The translations under genes were made by a program, and so were the position numbers. The notes beneath the pieces were generated by a model. It had not been told where the DNA came from and searched no databases. It saw only the letters and a list, made by a program, of their open reading frames with translations. Of a stretch of DNA of 64,000 bases, positions 61,616-64,000 are shown piece by piece (positions within the stretch are counted from its first letter, which is position 1; each line of letters begins with the position of its first letter). Source of the DNA: Macrostomum hystrix (lineage: Eukaryota; Animalia; Platyhelminthes); assembly GCA_950097015.1 (NCBI GenBank), contig CATNEN010000039.1, forward strand, positions 10,292,001-10,356,000, given 5' to 3'.

Positions 61616-64000
61616 TAGCTTCTCAGAGGTGATACTTGTTGGGATGTAATAGCTTCTCAGAGGTGATAATTGTTGGGATGTAATAGCTACTCAGAGGTGA
61701 TAATTGTTGGGATGTAGTAGCTACTCAGAGGTGATAATTGTTGGGATGTAGTAGCTACTCAGAGGTGATAATTGTTGGGATGTAATAGCTACTCAGAGGT
61801 GATAATTGTTGGGATGTAATAGCTACTCAGAGGTGATAATTGTTGGGATGTAATAGCTTCTCAGAGGTGATAATTGTTGGGATGTAATAGCTACTCAGAG
61901 GTGATAATTGTTGGGATGTAGTAGCTACTCAGAGGTGATAATTGTTGGGATGTAATAGCTACTCAGAGGTGATAATTGTTGGGATGTAATAGCTTCTCAG
62001 AGGTGATAATTGTTGGGATGTAATAGCTACTCAGAGGTGATAATTGTTGGGATGTAGTAGCTACTCAGAGGTGATAATTGTTGGGATGTAATAGCTTCTC
62101 AGAGGTAATAATTGTTGGGATGTAATAGCTTCTCAGAGGTGATAATTGTTGGGATGTAATAGCTTCTCAGAGGTGATAATTGTTGGGATGTAATAGCTTC
62201 TCAGAGGTGATAATTGTTGGGATGTAATAGCTACTCAGAGGTGATAATTGTTGGGATGTAGTAGCTACTCAGAGGTGATAATTGTTGGGATGTAGTAGCT
62301 TCTCAGAGGTGATAATTGTTGGGATGTAATAGCTACTCAGAGGTGATAATTGTTGGGATGTAATAGCTACTCAGAGGTGATAATTGTTGGGATGTAATAG
62401 CTTCTCAGAGGTGATAATTGTTGGGATGTAATAGCTTCTCAGAGGTGGTAATTGTTGGGATGTAATAGCTACTCAGAGGTGATAATTGTTGGGATGTAAT
62501 AGCTTCTCAGAGGTGATAATTGTTGGGATGTAATAGCTACTCAGAGGTGATAATTGTTGGGATGTAATAGCTACTCAGAGGTGATAATTGTTGGGATGTA
62601 ATAGCTTCTCAGAGGTGATAATTGTTGGGATGTAATAGCTTCTCAGAGGTGATAATTGTTGGGATGTAATAGCTTCTCAGAGGTGATAATTGTTGGGATG
62701 TAATAGCTACTCAGAGGTGATAATTGTTGGGATGTAGTAGCTTCTCAGAGGTGATAATTGTTGGGATGCTCGTAGTAGCTACTCAGAGGTGATACTTGTT
62801 GGGAGGTAATAGCTACTCAGAGGTGATAATTGTTGGGATGTAATAGCTACTCAGAGGTGATAATTGTTGGGATGTAGTAGCTTCTCAGAGGTGATAATTG
62901 TTGGGATGTAATAGCTTCTCATAGGTGATAATTGTTGGGATGTAATAGCTTCTCAGAGGTGATAATTGTTGGGATGCTCGTAGTAGCTACTCAGAGGTGA
63001 TACTTGTTGGGATGTAATAGCTTCTCAGAGGTGATAATTGTTAGGATGTAGTTGCTACTCAGAGGTGATAATTGTTGGGATGTAGTAGCTACTCAGAGGT
63101 GATAATTGTTGGGATGTAATAGCTTCTCAGAGGTGATAATTGTTGGGATGTAATAGCTTCTCAGAGGTGATGATTGTTGGGATGTAATAGGTTCTCAGAG
63201 GTGATAATTGTTGGGATGTAATAGCTACTCAGAGGTGATAATTGTTGGGATGTAATAGCTTCTCATAGGTGATAATTGTTGGGATGTAGTAGCTACTCAG
63301 AGGTGATAATTGTTGGGATGTAGTAGCTTCTCAGAGGTGATAATTGTTGGGATGTAATAGCTTCTCATAGGTGATAATTGTTGGGATGTAATAGCTTCTC
63401 AGAGGTGATAATTGTTGGGATGTAATAGCTACTCAGAGGTGATAATTGTTGGGATGTAATAGCTTCTCAGAGGTGATAATTGTTGGGATGTAATAGCTTC
63501 TCATAGGTGATAATTGTTGGGATGTAATAGCTTCTCAGAGGTGATAATTGTTGGGATGTAGTAGCTACTCAGAGGTGATAATTGTTGGGATGTAATAGCT
63601 ACTCAGAGGTGATAATTGTTGGGATGTAATAGCTTCTCAGAGGTGATAATTGTTGGGATGTAATAGCTTCTCAGAGGTGATAATTGTTGGGATGTAATAG
63701 CTACTCAGAGGTGATAATTGTTGGGATGTAATAGCTACTCAGAGGTGATAATTGTTGGGATGTAATAGCTACTCAGAGGTGATAATTGTTGGGATATAAT
63801 AGCTTCTTATAGGTGATACTTGTTGGGATGTAATAGCTTCTCAGAGGTGATAATTGTTGGGATGTAATAGCTTCTCAGAGGTGATAATTGTTGGGATGTA
63901 ATAGCTACTCAGAGGTGATAATTGTTAGGATGTAATAGCTACTCAGAGGTGATAATTGTTGGGATGTAGTAGCTACTCAGAGGTGATAACTGTTGGGATG
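61616..64000. repeat. 34-bp minisatellite (TCTCAGAGGTGATAATTGTTGGGATGTAATAGCT), ~70 copies, runs off the window
   Basis: Seen directly. Confidence 0.97.

Overview
Eukaryotic (animal) genomic DNA, not prokaryotic. It has spliceosomal introns, tRNA-derived SINEs and about 20 mostly unrelated minisatellite arrays covering roughly a third of the window. The style resembles a free-living flatworm such as Macrostomum (inference only). Genes I could splice by hand with consistent phases: SPATA4-like (+), 14-3-3 epsilon-like (-), UBE2H (-, first intron U12-type), paxillin/leupaxin (+, 10 coding exons) and a divergent mitochondrial MDH2 (+). Single-ORF genes: a PP1-like phosphatase, two orphan single-pass membrane proteins, a PAN/apple + C-type lectin protein and a BIR+UBA (IAP-like) protein without a RING. 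Mobile DNA: two SINE families, a Mutator-like and a hAT-like MITE, a TIR element family and a decayed CRE-like LINE. The most striking unexplained pattern is locus-specific minisatellite birth. Arrays are built from local sequence (a SINE tail, a B-box-like motif, a branch-point-like motif), usually start 35-70 nt after a 5' splice site, mostly put their C-rich strand on the transcript strand, and sit beside the most GC-rich exons. Most long ORFs in the supplied track are repeat artefacts.
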